A model generated the notes under the pieces. The model ran no database searches and was not told the origin of the DNA. It saw only the letters and a program-made list of their open reading frames with translations. Shown piece by piece: positions 37,575 to 44,224 of a DNA stretch of 49,842 nt. Location of the stretch: the NCBI GenBank assembly GCA_964456045.1, contig CAYWAD010000002.1, positions 1 through 49,842 on the forward strand, read 5' to 3'. Position 1 is the first letter of the stretch. Each line of letters starts with the position of its first letter. This DNA is from an uncultured Lachnospiraceae bacterium. Lineage in GTDB: Bacteria; Bacillota; Clostridia; Oscillospirales; CAG-272. The translations under genes and the position numbers were made by a program.

Positions 37575-38261
37575 ATGGACGTCCTAAAAGTAATACTAAC
37601 GTCGTTACTTTCGGTGGCGGCACTGTTCGTCATCACAAAGCTTATGGGGCACAAACAAGTCGCGCAATTTGATTTTTTCGATTACATCAGCGGAATTACG
37701 ATCGGCTCCATCGGCGCAGAGCTTGCAACCGAGCTTGAGCAGCCTTGGAAGCCATTTATAGCGCTCGTAATTTACGGAATTGTATCGGTTTTGCTTATAA
37801 TTTTGACAAATAAGCTACCACAGACGAGAAAATTCATAAACGGCACTCCTACGATTCTGTTTGACAAGGGGCTGCTCTATCGAGACAGCCTGAAGAAGGC
37901 AAAGTTAGATCTGTCCGAATTTATGCTGCTTTGCCGAATGCAGGGCTTTTTCAATCTGGACGACATTCAAACGGCTGTTTTTGAGCAAAACGGCAAGCTT
38001 TCAATCCTGCCGAAGTCCGAAAAATGCCCGGCGACTCCGTCCGATCTCGGAATTTCGCCAAAAGAGCACTGCATCGGAGTTGAGCTGATTTTAGACGGTG
38101 AAATCCTCGTAAAAAACCTGAAAAGCATCGGCAAAAACGAAAAATGGCTGCAAAATCAACTGCAAAATCAAAAAATCAAGGACGAAAAGAGCGTTATGCT
38201 CGCCATTTTTCACTCGGAGGACGGCTCCGTTTCATTTTACAAAAACGGTTCGAATAAATAA
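37575..38261 (+). CDS. DUF421/YetF-family membrane protein
   Basis: 228 aa; the N-terminal TM helices and the motif KLMGHKQVAQFDFFDYISGITIGS are typical of YetF-like proteins. Confidence 0.75.
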   Translation: MDVLKVILTSLLSVAALFVITKLMGHKQVAQFDFFDYISGITIGSIGAELATELEQPWKPFIALVIYGIVSVLLIILTNKLPQTRKFINGTPTILFDKGLLYRDSLKKAKLDLSEFMLLCRMQGFFNLDDIQTAVFEQNGKLSILPKSEKCPATPSDLGISPKEHCIGVELILDGEILVKNLKSIGKNEKWLQNQLQNQKIKDEKSVMLAIFHSEDGSVSFYKNGSNK

Positions 38262-38291
38262 AAAAGGTGTACAAAATTGTACACCTTTTTT
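38261..38291. terminator. Bidirectional terminator between convergent genes
   Basis: 13-bp stem AAAAAGGTGTACA / TGTACACCTTTTT with a 4-nt loop. A/T tracts flank both sides. Confidence 0.85.
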
Positions 38292-38292
38292 G

Positions 38293-38892
38293 TTAAAATT
38301 TGCGTCTAAGCTCGACGACCTTGCCCACAACCTTCACGGGCGTGCTTTCAATTTCGTCATTTGTGTAATACATCGGATCGTACGTCGGATTGTTAGGCAC
38401 AAGCCAAACTCCCGCCTTATCCTTCTTTAGTTTTTTGCACGTCGCCTCACCGTCCGCTATCAGCACGACGACGGTATCACCCGGATCCGCGTCCGCTTGC
38501 AGGCGAACGATGACGGTATCTCCGTTGCATATTTGCGGCTTCATGCTGTCGCCCTTTATTTTGAGTGCGATGTATTTTCCGGAAGCTGCAAGTGCCGGAG
38601 TTATCTCCTCGTAACCGATAATTTCCTCAATCGCATCAACGGGGATCCCCGCCGGGACGGTTCCGTAAACGGGGACACGCACGGCAGCTTTTTTTTCGTC
38701 TCCGAGAAGCTCGTCAACTCCCATGCCGAAATACTCCGCGATCGCGCAAAGCCTCATTGCAGACGGTGATTTTGTCCTCCCCGATTTCATTTCCGTGAAG
38801 AAGTTTTTCGAAAATCCGAGATTATGTGCGAGCGTCGCCGGTTTAATGCCGTTTTGCTCGCAAAGAGCGTATATTTTTTCGTAAAGCGTCAT
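38293..38892 (-). CDS. Phage CI/LexA-like repressor (XRE-type HTH plus S24 self-cleaving peptidase domain)
   Basis: 199 aa. HTH_XRE N-terminus (LCEQNGIKPATLAHNLGFSKNFFTEMKSGRTK), LexA-type cleavage context GTVPAGIP (Ala-Gly), S24 Ser motif KGDSMKP and a downstream Lys (CKKLKK). Confidence 0.85.
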   Translation of the reverse strand: MTLYEKIYALCEQNGIKPATLAHNLGFSKNFFTEMKSGRTKSPSAMRLCAIAEYFGMGVDELLGDEKKAAVRVPVYGTVPAGIPVDAIEEIIGYEEITPALAASGKYIALKIKGDSMKPQICNGDTVIVRLQADADPGDTVVVLIADGEATCKKLKKDKAGVWLVPNNPTYDPMYYTNDEIESTPVKVVGKVVELRRKF

Positions 38893-38907
38893 TTTCTTTC
38901 CCTTTTG

Positions 38908-38923
38908 TCACAGCAATTTGTGA
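38908..38923. promoter_or_regulatory. Operator-like palindrome O1 (TCACA-N6-TGTGA)
   Basis: TCACAGCAATTTGTGA, 16 nt upstream of the repressor ATG. Confidence 0.55.
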
Positions 38924-38930
38924 TTTGCGC

Positions 38931-38959
38931 TTGACAATCACACAATTTTGTGATATAAT
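38931..38959 (+). promoter_or_regulatory. Rightward consensus promoter (TTGACA-17-TATAAT) with operator O2 filling the spacer
   Basis: -35 at 38931-38936 and -10 at 38954-38959. O2, TCACACAATTTTGTGA, is at 38938-38953. Confidence 0.7.
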
Positions 38960-39004
38960 ACAGTCACGTTGCAAAAATATGTGATTTCATTCTCTCACGG
39001 CCTC

Positions 39005-39033
39005 ATTTTAACACATATTTATGTGACGGTCAA
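39005..39033 (-). promoter_or_regulatory. Leftward promoter (TTGACC-17-TAAAAT) for the repressor gene, with operator O3 filling the spacer
   Basis: Minus strand: -35 at 39033-39028 and -10 at 39010-39005. O3, ACACATATTTATGTGA, is at 39011-39026. It faces the rightward promoter. Confidence 0.55.
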
Positions 39034-39084
39034 CATATATTTTGCGAGGGAGGAATAATTATCACAGTCTGGACAGACCACACA

Positions 39085-39372
39085 ATGAAGTTCACCTTTC
39101 CCGTTTCCGTCGAGGAAAGTGAGCTTTACATCACGCTCACACAAAACGGAAAAACCGTCATCGAATACACGGAAACATCATCCGGGGTCAGCGTATGCGA
39201 GGACACCGTAACGCTTAAAATGACGCCAAGCGAGACATCGCTTTTCAGTGCCGCAAACACCGATGCGTTCGCTCTCGTTCAAATCAACCTCGTTGCAGAC
39301 GGTGAACGTCACGCAACGCGACCAATCAAGTTTCCTGTTCGTGCAAATCTCAAAGCGGAGGAAGCCGTATGA
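39085..39372 (+). CDS. Hypothetical phage-related protein (95 aa)
   Basis: ORF MKFTFPVSVEESELYITLTQNGK...; its stop overlaps the next gene's start. The start is uncertain, because the strong SD GAGGGAGG (39045-39052) lies 32 nt upstream of this ATG while in-frame ATT/ATC codons sit at 39058/39061. Confidence 0.55.
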   Translation: MKFTFPVSVEESELYITLTQNGKTVIEYTETSSGVSVCEDTVTLKMTPSETSLFSAANTDAFALVQINLVADGERHATRPIKFPVRANLKAEEAV

Positions 39373-40364
39373 CCGACGCTTATGAAGTTTGTTTTGAAAA
39401 CGAGCCGTACTATAAGGTTGATTTTACGGAATTTCAATCGATCACGGTAAAGGTGGAATCGGTAGGCACGGACACTTCGGATGCAACGGCATCATCAGCA
39501 GATATTCTCACGGGAAAGACCGCTTACGTCAACGGAGATAAGCTTGTAGGTGCTCATGTATGCGAAAGTGAGCAGGACGAGGAGCTGCTTCACAGCATCT
39601 TGAACAGGACGATCACGTCATTTTCAAACGACAAACTCGAAGAGATCGGCGCACACGCCTTTGAGGGTTGTACGAATCTTACGTCGGTATCCATTCCGAA
39701 CATCACAGCGATTTCAGGAGAATACGCGTTCTCGACGTGTACAAATCTGACTTCGGTAAACTTGCCGAAGCTCAAAACGATTTTCGGTGAGTATGTTTTT
39801 TCGGAATGCACGAGCCTGACATCGATTTCGCTGCCTAAACTTGAAGCTTTGTCGGACGGTTCCCATCTGTTTTACGCTTGCACCTCGCTTGAGAGCGTGG
39901 ATCTTCCGTCACTTGAAACACTCAAGGGGCACTCTTCCACCTTTTACGAGTGCACTTCGCTGAAAAACGTCAATCTGCCGTTATGCAAGTCTCTCGGCAC
40001 TTACACGTTTTCAAACTGTACATCGCTCGAAAGCATAAACTTGCCTTCCTTCGACGGTAATCTTGATTTTCATGATTTTAACAACTGCGAGTCTCTGAAA
40101 AGAGCTGATTTCGGCGGAAACGTCACTTTCCCCAAATCGCTGGCATTCCAAGGCTGTTGGGTTCTCGAAACGCTCATTCTGCGCGGCGACACTGTTGCGC
40201 AGATCTCAAACATAAACAATTTTTCGGGAACCCCGATCATAGACGGTGACGGATACATTTACGTTCCGTCGGCGCTTGTTTCTGCCTACAAAAAAGCAAA
40301 GGTTTGGAGTAACTTTTCCGGTCAATTCCGGGCAATCGAAGACTATCCGAGCGTTTGCGGATAA
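39369..40364 (+). CDS. BspA-type leucine-rich-repeat protein, probable phage tail fibre / receptor-binding remnant
   Basis: 331 aa; ~8 repeats of the pattern F..CT.L.S(V/I).LP; the N-terminal motif ADILTGKTAYVNGDKLVG is one I associate with phage fibre proteins; GGAGGA SD. Confidence 0.7.
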   Translation: MTDAYEVCFENEPYYKVDFTEFQSITVKVESVGTDTSDATASSADILTGKTAYVNGDKLVGAHVCESEQDEELLHSILNRTITSFSNDKLEEIGAHAFEGCTNLTSVSIPNITAISGEYAFSTCTNLTSVNLPKLKTIFGEYVFSECTSLTSISLPKLEALSDGSHLFYACTSLESVDLPSLETLKGHSSTFYECTSLKNVNLPLCKSLGTYTFSNCTSLESINLPSFDGNLDFHDFNNCESLKRADFGGNVTFPKSLAFQGCWVLETLILRGDTVAQISNINNFSGTPIIDGDGYIYVPSALVSAYKKAKVWSNFSGQFRAIEDYPSVCG

Positions 40365-40393
40365 AAAAAGACGCGCAACGCGCGTCTTTTTTT
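40363..40393. terminator. Bidirectional terminator
   Basis: 13-bp stem AAAAAAAGACGCG / CGCGTCTTTTTTT with a 5-nt loop, between convergent genes. Confidence 0.85.
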
Positions 40394-40404
40394 AATCTGT
40401 TAAA

Positions 40405-41826
40405 TTAAACAGCGAGGAAGAACTTTACAAGGAAAATAGCGGAGATTACGTAAGTAAGCACGGAAACTTCCTTGCCCTTGCCTGTGAACAGCTTGATAAC
40501 CGTGTAGGAGATGAGTCCGAGGCCGATGCCGTGACCGATGGAGCCGGAAATGGGCATTGCGATGAGCATAAGGCAAACGGGAACGAACTGGTCAATATCG
40601 TCGAAATCAACGTTTTTGAGGCCCTGGAGCATCAGCACTCCGACGTAAATGAGGGCGGAAGATGTAGCTGCAGCGGGGATGATTGCCGCGATGGGGGCGA
40701 TGAAGATACAAGCGAGGAAAAGAATACCTGTTGTAAGAGCGGTAAGACCTGTACGTCCGCCGGCTTCAACGCCGGAAGCGGATTCAACGAAGGTTGTTAC
40801 TGTAGAAGTACCTGTGCAAGCGCCTGCAACAGTGCCGACAGCATCGGCAAAGAGCGCTTCCTTCATATTGGGCATATTGCCGTTTTCGTCAACCATACCT
40901 GCACGGGAAGCGGTACCGACAAGAGTTCCGATGGTATCGAACATATCAATCATGCAGAAAGTGATGATAAGCGTGATAACGGTGAACCAGCCAATTTCAA
41001 GGAAACCTTGGAAGTTGAATTTGAAAAGAGTTGTTTCAATCATATCGGAGACGGGAGGCACAAACGAAGCACCCTTGAGAGAAGCAAAGGGGTTTGTGTC
41101 AAGGAAGAACCACTGACCTGCCCAGTTGATAACAGAAGCTGCGAGCATTCCGATAAGAACCGCGCCATTGATCCCCTTCTTGGCAAGGATAACGATCAAG
41201 AAAAGACCTACGAACATGGTGATAACCGAAAGCACCATTGTGGGATATGCGGAACCCATATTATCCTTTGCAACGCCTGCGGTAAGGGAACCGAAGAAGT
41301 CCTTCATAACATAGAACTGATTGAAGTTTTCGTCTGCAATGTAGACATTTGAGCCGAGACCGATGTTCATGAGCATAAGTCCGATTGCGGGAGCGATACC
41401 GAGGCGAACACCGAGCGGAATAGCATTTACGATCTTTTCGCGTATATTGAGTAGGGAAAGGATGATGAACACTATACCTTCGATAAGGATGATAACGAGA
41501 GCAGACTGAAAGGACTCAGTGTAGCTGAGACCGGTAATGCTTGCGATATTGGCAACAACAATCGCAAAGAAGCTGTTAAGTCCCATACCGGGCGCCATTG
41601 CGAAAGGTTTGTTTGCGGCAAACGCCATCACGAACATACCGATTGCGGATGCGATACAGGTTGCAAGGAACACGCCGTTCCAAAGAGCGGAGCCTGAATC
41701 GTAGTTTGTGAGCAAATTGGGGTTGAGCGCGATAATATATGCCATTGTCATAAATGTGGTAAGACCGGCAACAATCTCTGTTTTTACGCTCGTTCCATTT
41801 TGTTTGAGCTTAAAGAGCTTTTCCAT
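40405..41826 (-). CDS. NCS2/AzgA-family purine (adenine/guanine/hypoxanthine) permease
   Basis: 473 aa; MEKLFKLKQNGTSVKTEIVAGLTTFMTMAYIIALNP is a typical AzgA/PbuG N-terminus; polytopic. Confidence 0.88.
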   Translation of the reverse strand: MEKLFKLKQNGTSVKTEIVAGLTTFMTMAYIIALNPNLLTNYDSGSALWNGVFLATCIASAIGMFVMAFAANKPFAMAPGMGLNSFFAIVVANIASITGLSYTESFQSALVIILIEGIVFIILSLLNIREKIVNAIPLGVRLGIAPAIGLMLMNIGLGSNVYIADENFNQFYVMKDFFGSLTAGVAKDNMGSAYPTMVLSVITMFVGLFLIVILAKKGINGAVLIGMLAASVINWAGQWFFLDTNPFASLKGASFVPPVSDMIETTLFKFNFQGFLEIGWFTVITLIITFCMIDMFDTIGTLVGTASRAGMVDENGNMPNMKEALFADAVGTVAGACTGTSTVTTFVESASGVEAGGRTGLTALTTGILFLACIFIAPIAAIIPAAATSSALIYVGVLMLQGLKNVDFDDIDQFVPVCLMLIAMPISGSIGHGIGLGLISYTVIKLFTGKGKEVSVLTYVISAIFLVKFFLAV

Positions 41827-41873
41827 TGAAGATTCTCCTCATTAAAAATTAAAAAAGAATAATTTGCAGTAAA

Positions 41874-41902
41874 ATTATATCACATCGTTTTTTATTTGTC
41901 GA
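41874..41902 (-). promoter_or_regulatory. Candidate extended -10 promoter for the permease (TCGACA-17-TGATATAAT)
   Basis: Minus strand: -35 TCGACA (41902-41897) and TGnTATAAT (41882-41874). Confidence 0.5.
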
Positions 41903-41928
41903 CCGATTTTTTGTTTTTTCCGGTCAAA

Positions 41929-41944
41929 ACACAACATTTTGTGC
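41929..41944. promoter_or_regulatory. Operator-like palindrome O4 (ACACA-N6-TGTGC) upstream of the lysis cassette
   Basis: ACACAACATTTTGTGC has the same CACA-N6-TGTG core and ATTTTGTG right arm as O1-O3. A single extra match could be chance. Confidence 0.3.
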
Positions 41945-42041
41945 AGTTAATCAAATGAGATTGCAAATTTTGTGTTTTTTCGGCAAATTACACAACGCAA
42001 TAAATGCTCTGCAAATTACGTTTACGCAAAGGAACGACCAA

Positions 42042-42317
42042 ATGAATGACACAATAATCGTAGCCATGATCTCATTTTTTGGCACGATCGTCGGCACGTT
42101 CGGCGGAATACTGACGTCAAGCAGACTGACGAACTACCGAATCGCACAGCTTGAAGCAAAAGTAGAACGGCACAACAAGGTCATCGAGCGTGTTTACACG
42201 CTTGAAAAGCACAATGCCGTCGTTGACGAAGAGATCAAGGTTGCAAATCACAGAATTGATGATCTTGAAGATTTTCACAAATCAACGCCGATTTCGGCAG
42301 AAAGAGGTAATGTATGA
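42042..42317 (+). CDS. Small membrane-anchored coiled-coil protein of the lysis module (XhlA-like?)
   Basis: ATG 42042 after AAAGGAA. 91 aa with N-terminal TM IIVAMISFFGTIVGTFGGIL and then a heptad-like segment LEAKVERHNKVIERVYTLEKHNAVVDEEIKVANHRIDDLE. Confidence 0.55.
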   Translation: MNDTIIVAMISFFGTIVGTFGGILTSSRLTNYRIAQLEAKVERHNKVIERVYTLEKHNAVVDEEIKVANHRIDDLEDFHKSTPISAERGNV

Positions 42318-42532
42318 GTACAAAAACAAAAAAGTGGCTTCGCGCGGCTTCTATCCGTGCGATCAAGACTGTTGCACAGACCGCCGTTGCGACGATCGGC
42401 ACATCTGCGGTGCTCGGTGATGTTCATTGGGTATCGGTTGTGTCCGCGTCCGTACTTGCAGGGGTGCTTTCAATTTTGACAAGTGTTGCCGGGCTTCCCG
42501 AAGTCAACGAAGGGGGCGAAGCCGATGTTTAA
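42314..42532 (+). CDS. Phage holin (r1t-type, recognised by eye)
   Basis: 72 aa; RAASIRAIKTVAQTAVATIG...VHWVSVVSASVLAGVLSILTSVAGLPE; two TM helices and an acidic tail; overlaps both neighbouring genes. Confidence 0.65.
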   Translation: MSTKTKKWLRAASIRAIKTVAQTAVATIGTSAVLGDVHWVSVVSASVLAGVLSILTSVAGLPEVNEGGEADV

Positions 42533-43358
42533 GCTTGCGCTTAACGCAGGTCACGGAATGGGTACTGCCGGTAAACGCTGCATGAAGTCTCTTGACGCAA
42601 ACGAGACGCGCGAATGGTGGCTTAACGATCGCATTGCGGACGGCATCGAGAAGATTCTTGCCGAATATGACGGCATAGAAGTTCTCCGCACAGACGACAC
42701 GACAGGTGCAAAGGATGTTTCCGTAACTACGAGGCTATCTAACGCCGACAAATGGGGCGCGGATTTTTATCTGTCGATACACCACAATGCAGGAATCAAC
42801 GGCGGCGTGGGCGGCGGCATCGTCGCGTTTGTGCACACATCGCCGCTTGCGGAGTCGGTAGAATGGCAGGATGCGCTTTATTCCGCCGCGATTGAAGCTA
42901 CGGGACTGAAAGGCAACAGAGCGACACCGAAACCGAAGAAAAATCTTGCGGAGCTTCGTATTGCGAAATCCCCTGCCGTGCTTATGGAGTGCGGATTTAT
43001 GGATTCCGCAACGGACGTACCGATAATTTTGACCGACGCTTACGCGGATGCAATGGCAAAGGCGGTTGCGGATGTTATAATCAAGCGCGCCAAGCTCGAA
43101 AAAAAGGCGGTTGCAACGGAAACGGAAGCGACTACGCTTTATCGCGTGCAGGTTGGCTCGTATTCGAAGAAGAAGTACGCGGAAAACATGCTCACGAAGC
43201 TGAAAGAAAAAGGATTTGACGGCTACATCAAGACGGCAGACGTTAACGGAAACGTCCGCTATCGTGTTCAGGTCGGCGCGTATTCGAAGAAGTCGAACGC
43301 AACGGCGATGCTATCAAAACTCAAAGCATCGGGGATTGCCGGTTATGTGACAACGTAA
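42525..43358 (+). CDS. N-acetylmuramoyl-L-alanine amidase (Amidase_3) with two C-terminal SPOR domains (endolysin / CwlC-like)
   Basis: ATG 42525 after AGGGGG. NAGHGMGTAG..E..SIHHNAG zinc-amidase motifs. Two repeats of YRVQVG(S/A)YSKK...L(T/S)KLK..G..GY. Confidence 0.85.
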   Translation: MFKLALNAGHGMGTAGKRCMKSLDANETREWWLNDRIADGIEKILAEYDGIEVLRTDDTTGAKDVSVTTRLSNADKWGADFYLSIHHNAGINGGVGGGIVAFVHTSPLAESVEWQDALYSAAIEATGLKGNRATPKPKKNLAELRIAKSPAVLMECGFMDSATDVPIILTDAYADAMAKAVADVIIKRAKLEKKAVATETEATTLYRVQVGSYSKKKYAENMLTKLKEKGFDGYIKTADVNGNVRYRVQVGAYSKKSNATAMLSKLKASGIAGYVTT

Positions 43359-43399
43359 AAAGCAAAAAAAGCACGCTTTCGCGTGCTTTTTTTGCTTTT
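43358..43399. terminator. Long bidirectional hairpin terminator between the amidase gene and tRNA-Ser
   Basis: 19-bp stem AAAAGCAAAAAAAGCACGC / GCGTGCTTTTTTTGCTTTT with loop TTTC. Confidence 0.8.
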
Positions 43400-43487
43400 C
43401 GGAGAAGGAGAGATTTGAACTCTCGCGCCGGTAACCCGACCTACACCCTTAGCAGGGGCGCCTCTTCGGCCTCTTGAGTACTTCTCC
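43400..43487 (-). tRNA. tRNA-Ser (anticodon GCU), type II with a long variable arm; CCA not encoded
   Basis: Hand-folded cloverleaf: acceptor GGAGAAG/CTTCTCC, discriminator G, anticodon stem CGCCC/GGGTG with loop CTGCTAA, 19-nt variable arm, and T arm GAGAG-TTCAAAT-CTCTC. Confidence 0.9.
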
Positions 43488-43544
43488 CTGTCAAGAAACT
43501 TCTTCTTGTTTATTAACTTACGATAAAGTCATAACGTAAGATCT

Positions 43545-43573
43545 ATTATACACAACTTTGCCCACGATGTCAA
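43545..43573 (-). promoter_or_regulatory. Consensus sigma-A promoter for tRNA-Ser (TTGACA-17-TATAAT)
   Basis: Minus strand: TTGACA (43573-43568), 17-nt spacer, TATAAT (43550-43545), ~55 nt upstream of the tRNA 5' end. Confidence 0.65.
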
Positions 43574-43688
43574 CAACTAATTTCATTCCGCCGAAAAATA
43601 TTTTTTCGTTTTCACTTTACAAATCACCTTTATTTTGCGATAATATAGCTGTAGACAAACAAAATTCCCCGAAACGAGGTTAGATAAA

Positions 43689-44216
43689 ATGAACAACGGA
43701 AAAAACATCCTTGTATTATCGGACGAGACTTCCATCGACGAACAAAGCGAACAACGCGAACCAAACGAAGCGGGCGTTTCCCTTGAAGCCGAGGTTGAAT
43801 CGGACGCTGAGGAGATCGCTTCGCGTTTGCACGAAATGATCAAGCAGGCATCCGACGAAGCGAAGCTTGAAAAAAGCGCCGCGCCCTCTCCGAAAACCGC
43901 ACGGCTTTCCTACAGCGCATATTCCGACATGCGTCCGTCTGACGATTCAATTTACGCGCCGGCAGGTATATTCACTTACTTCTGGCTGCTCATCCTTGCG
44001 TCGATCCCCGTCATCGGCTTCATTTCGGCGGTCATAATCGCGTTCGCGGCAAAAAAGCTCGCTATAAAACGCGTTGCGACAGCGATCATCGCCGTTCAAA
44101 CGCTGATACTGCTCATTGTTGCCGTTTTTGTGTCATTGTCCGTATTCGTATGGGAAACAAACCCGCTCGATTTTGTAAAAGACACGTTTGAATTCTTAAA
44201 AAATTACTTCGGCTGA
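43689..44216 (+). CDS. Hypothetical membrane protein with an acidic N-terminal region
   Basis: 175 aa; Glu/Asp/Ser-rich first ~80 aa followed by ~3 TM helices; SD ACGAGGT upstream. Confidence 0.65.
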   Translation: MNNGKNILVLSDETSIDEQSEQREPNEAGVSLEAEVESDAEEIASRLHEMIKQASDEAKLEKSAAPSPKTARLSYSAYSDMRPSDDSIYAPAGIFTYFWLLILASIPVIGFISAVIIAFAAKKLAIKRVATAIIAVQTLILLIVAVFVSLSVFVWETNPLDFVKDTFEFLKNYFG

Positions 44217-44224
44217 TTAGCAAT

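Larger units (their letters stand above)
38293..43358. mobile_element. Degenerate prophage remnant (immunity module, tail-fibre-like genes, lysis cassette) interrupted by a purine permease gene; no integrase, capsid or terminase
   Basis: It comprises a CI/LexA-like repressor, an operator-rich switch, an LRR tail-fibre-like ORF, a holin and an Amidase_3 endolysin. It ends 42 nt from the 3' end of tRNA-Ser. Confidence 0.55.

Noticed and set aside
38255-38300. attL/attR-type direct repeat matching the 3' half of tRNA-Ser (43400-43440), which would delimit the prophage remnant.
   Set aside because: Reading the sequence by eye, I found no copy of the tRNA 3' segment (GGAGAAGGAGAGATTTGAAC...) near the left boundary or elsewhere in the window. 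The boundaries of the remnant therefore remain undefined.
38893-39084. Canonical Gram-positive SOS (Cheo) box CGAAC-N4-GTTCG next to the S24 repressor, which would make it the cellular LexA.
   Set aside because: No such motif is present. The N-terminus is XRE/Cro-type rather than the LexA winged helix, and the region carries its own TCACA-N6-TGTGA palindromes. I therefore call it a phage CI-like repressor.
41827-41960. Expected purine (guanine/adenine) riboswitch upstream of the NCS2 purine permease.
   Set aside because: The minus-strand leader is only ~45 nt from the putative -10 to the ATG. It shows no three-way-junction consensus (no UAUAAUCGCGUGGAUAUGGCACGC-like sequence).
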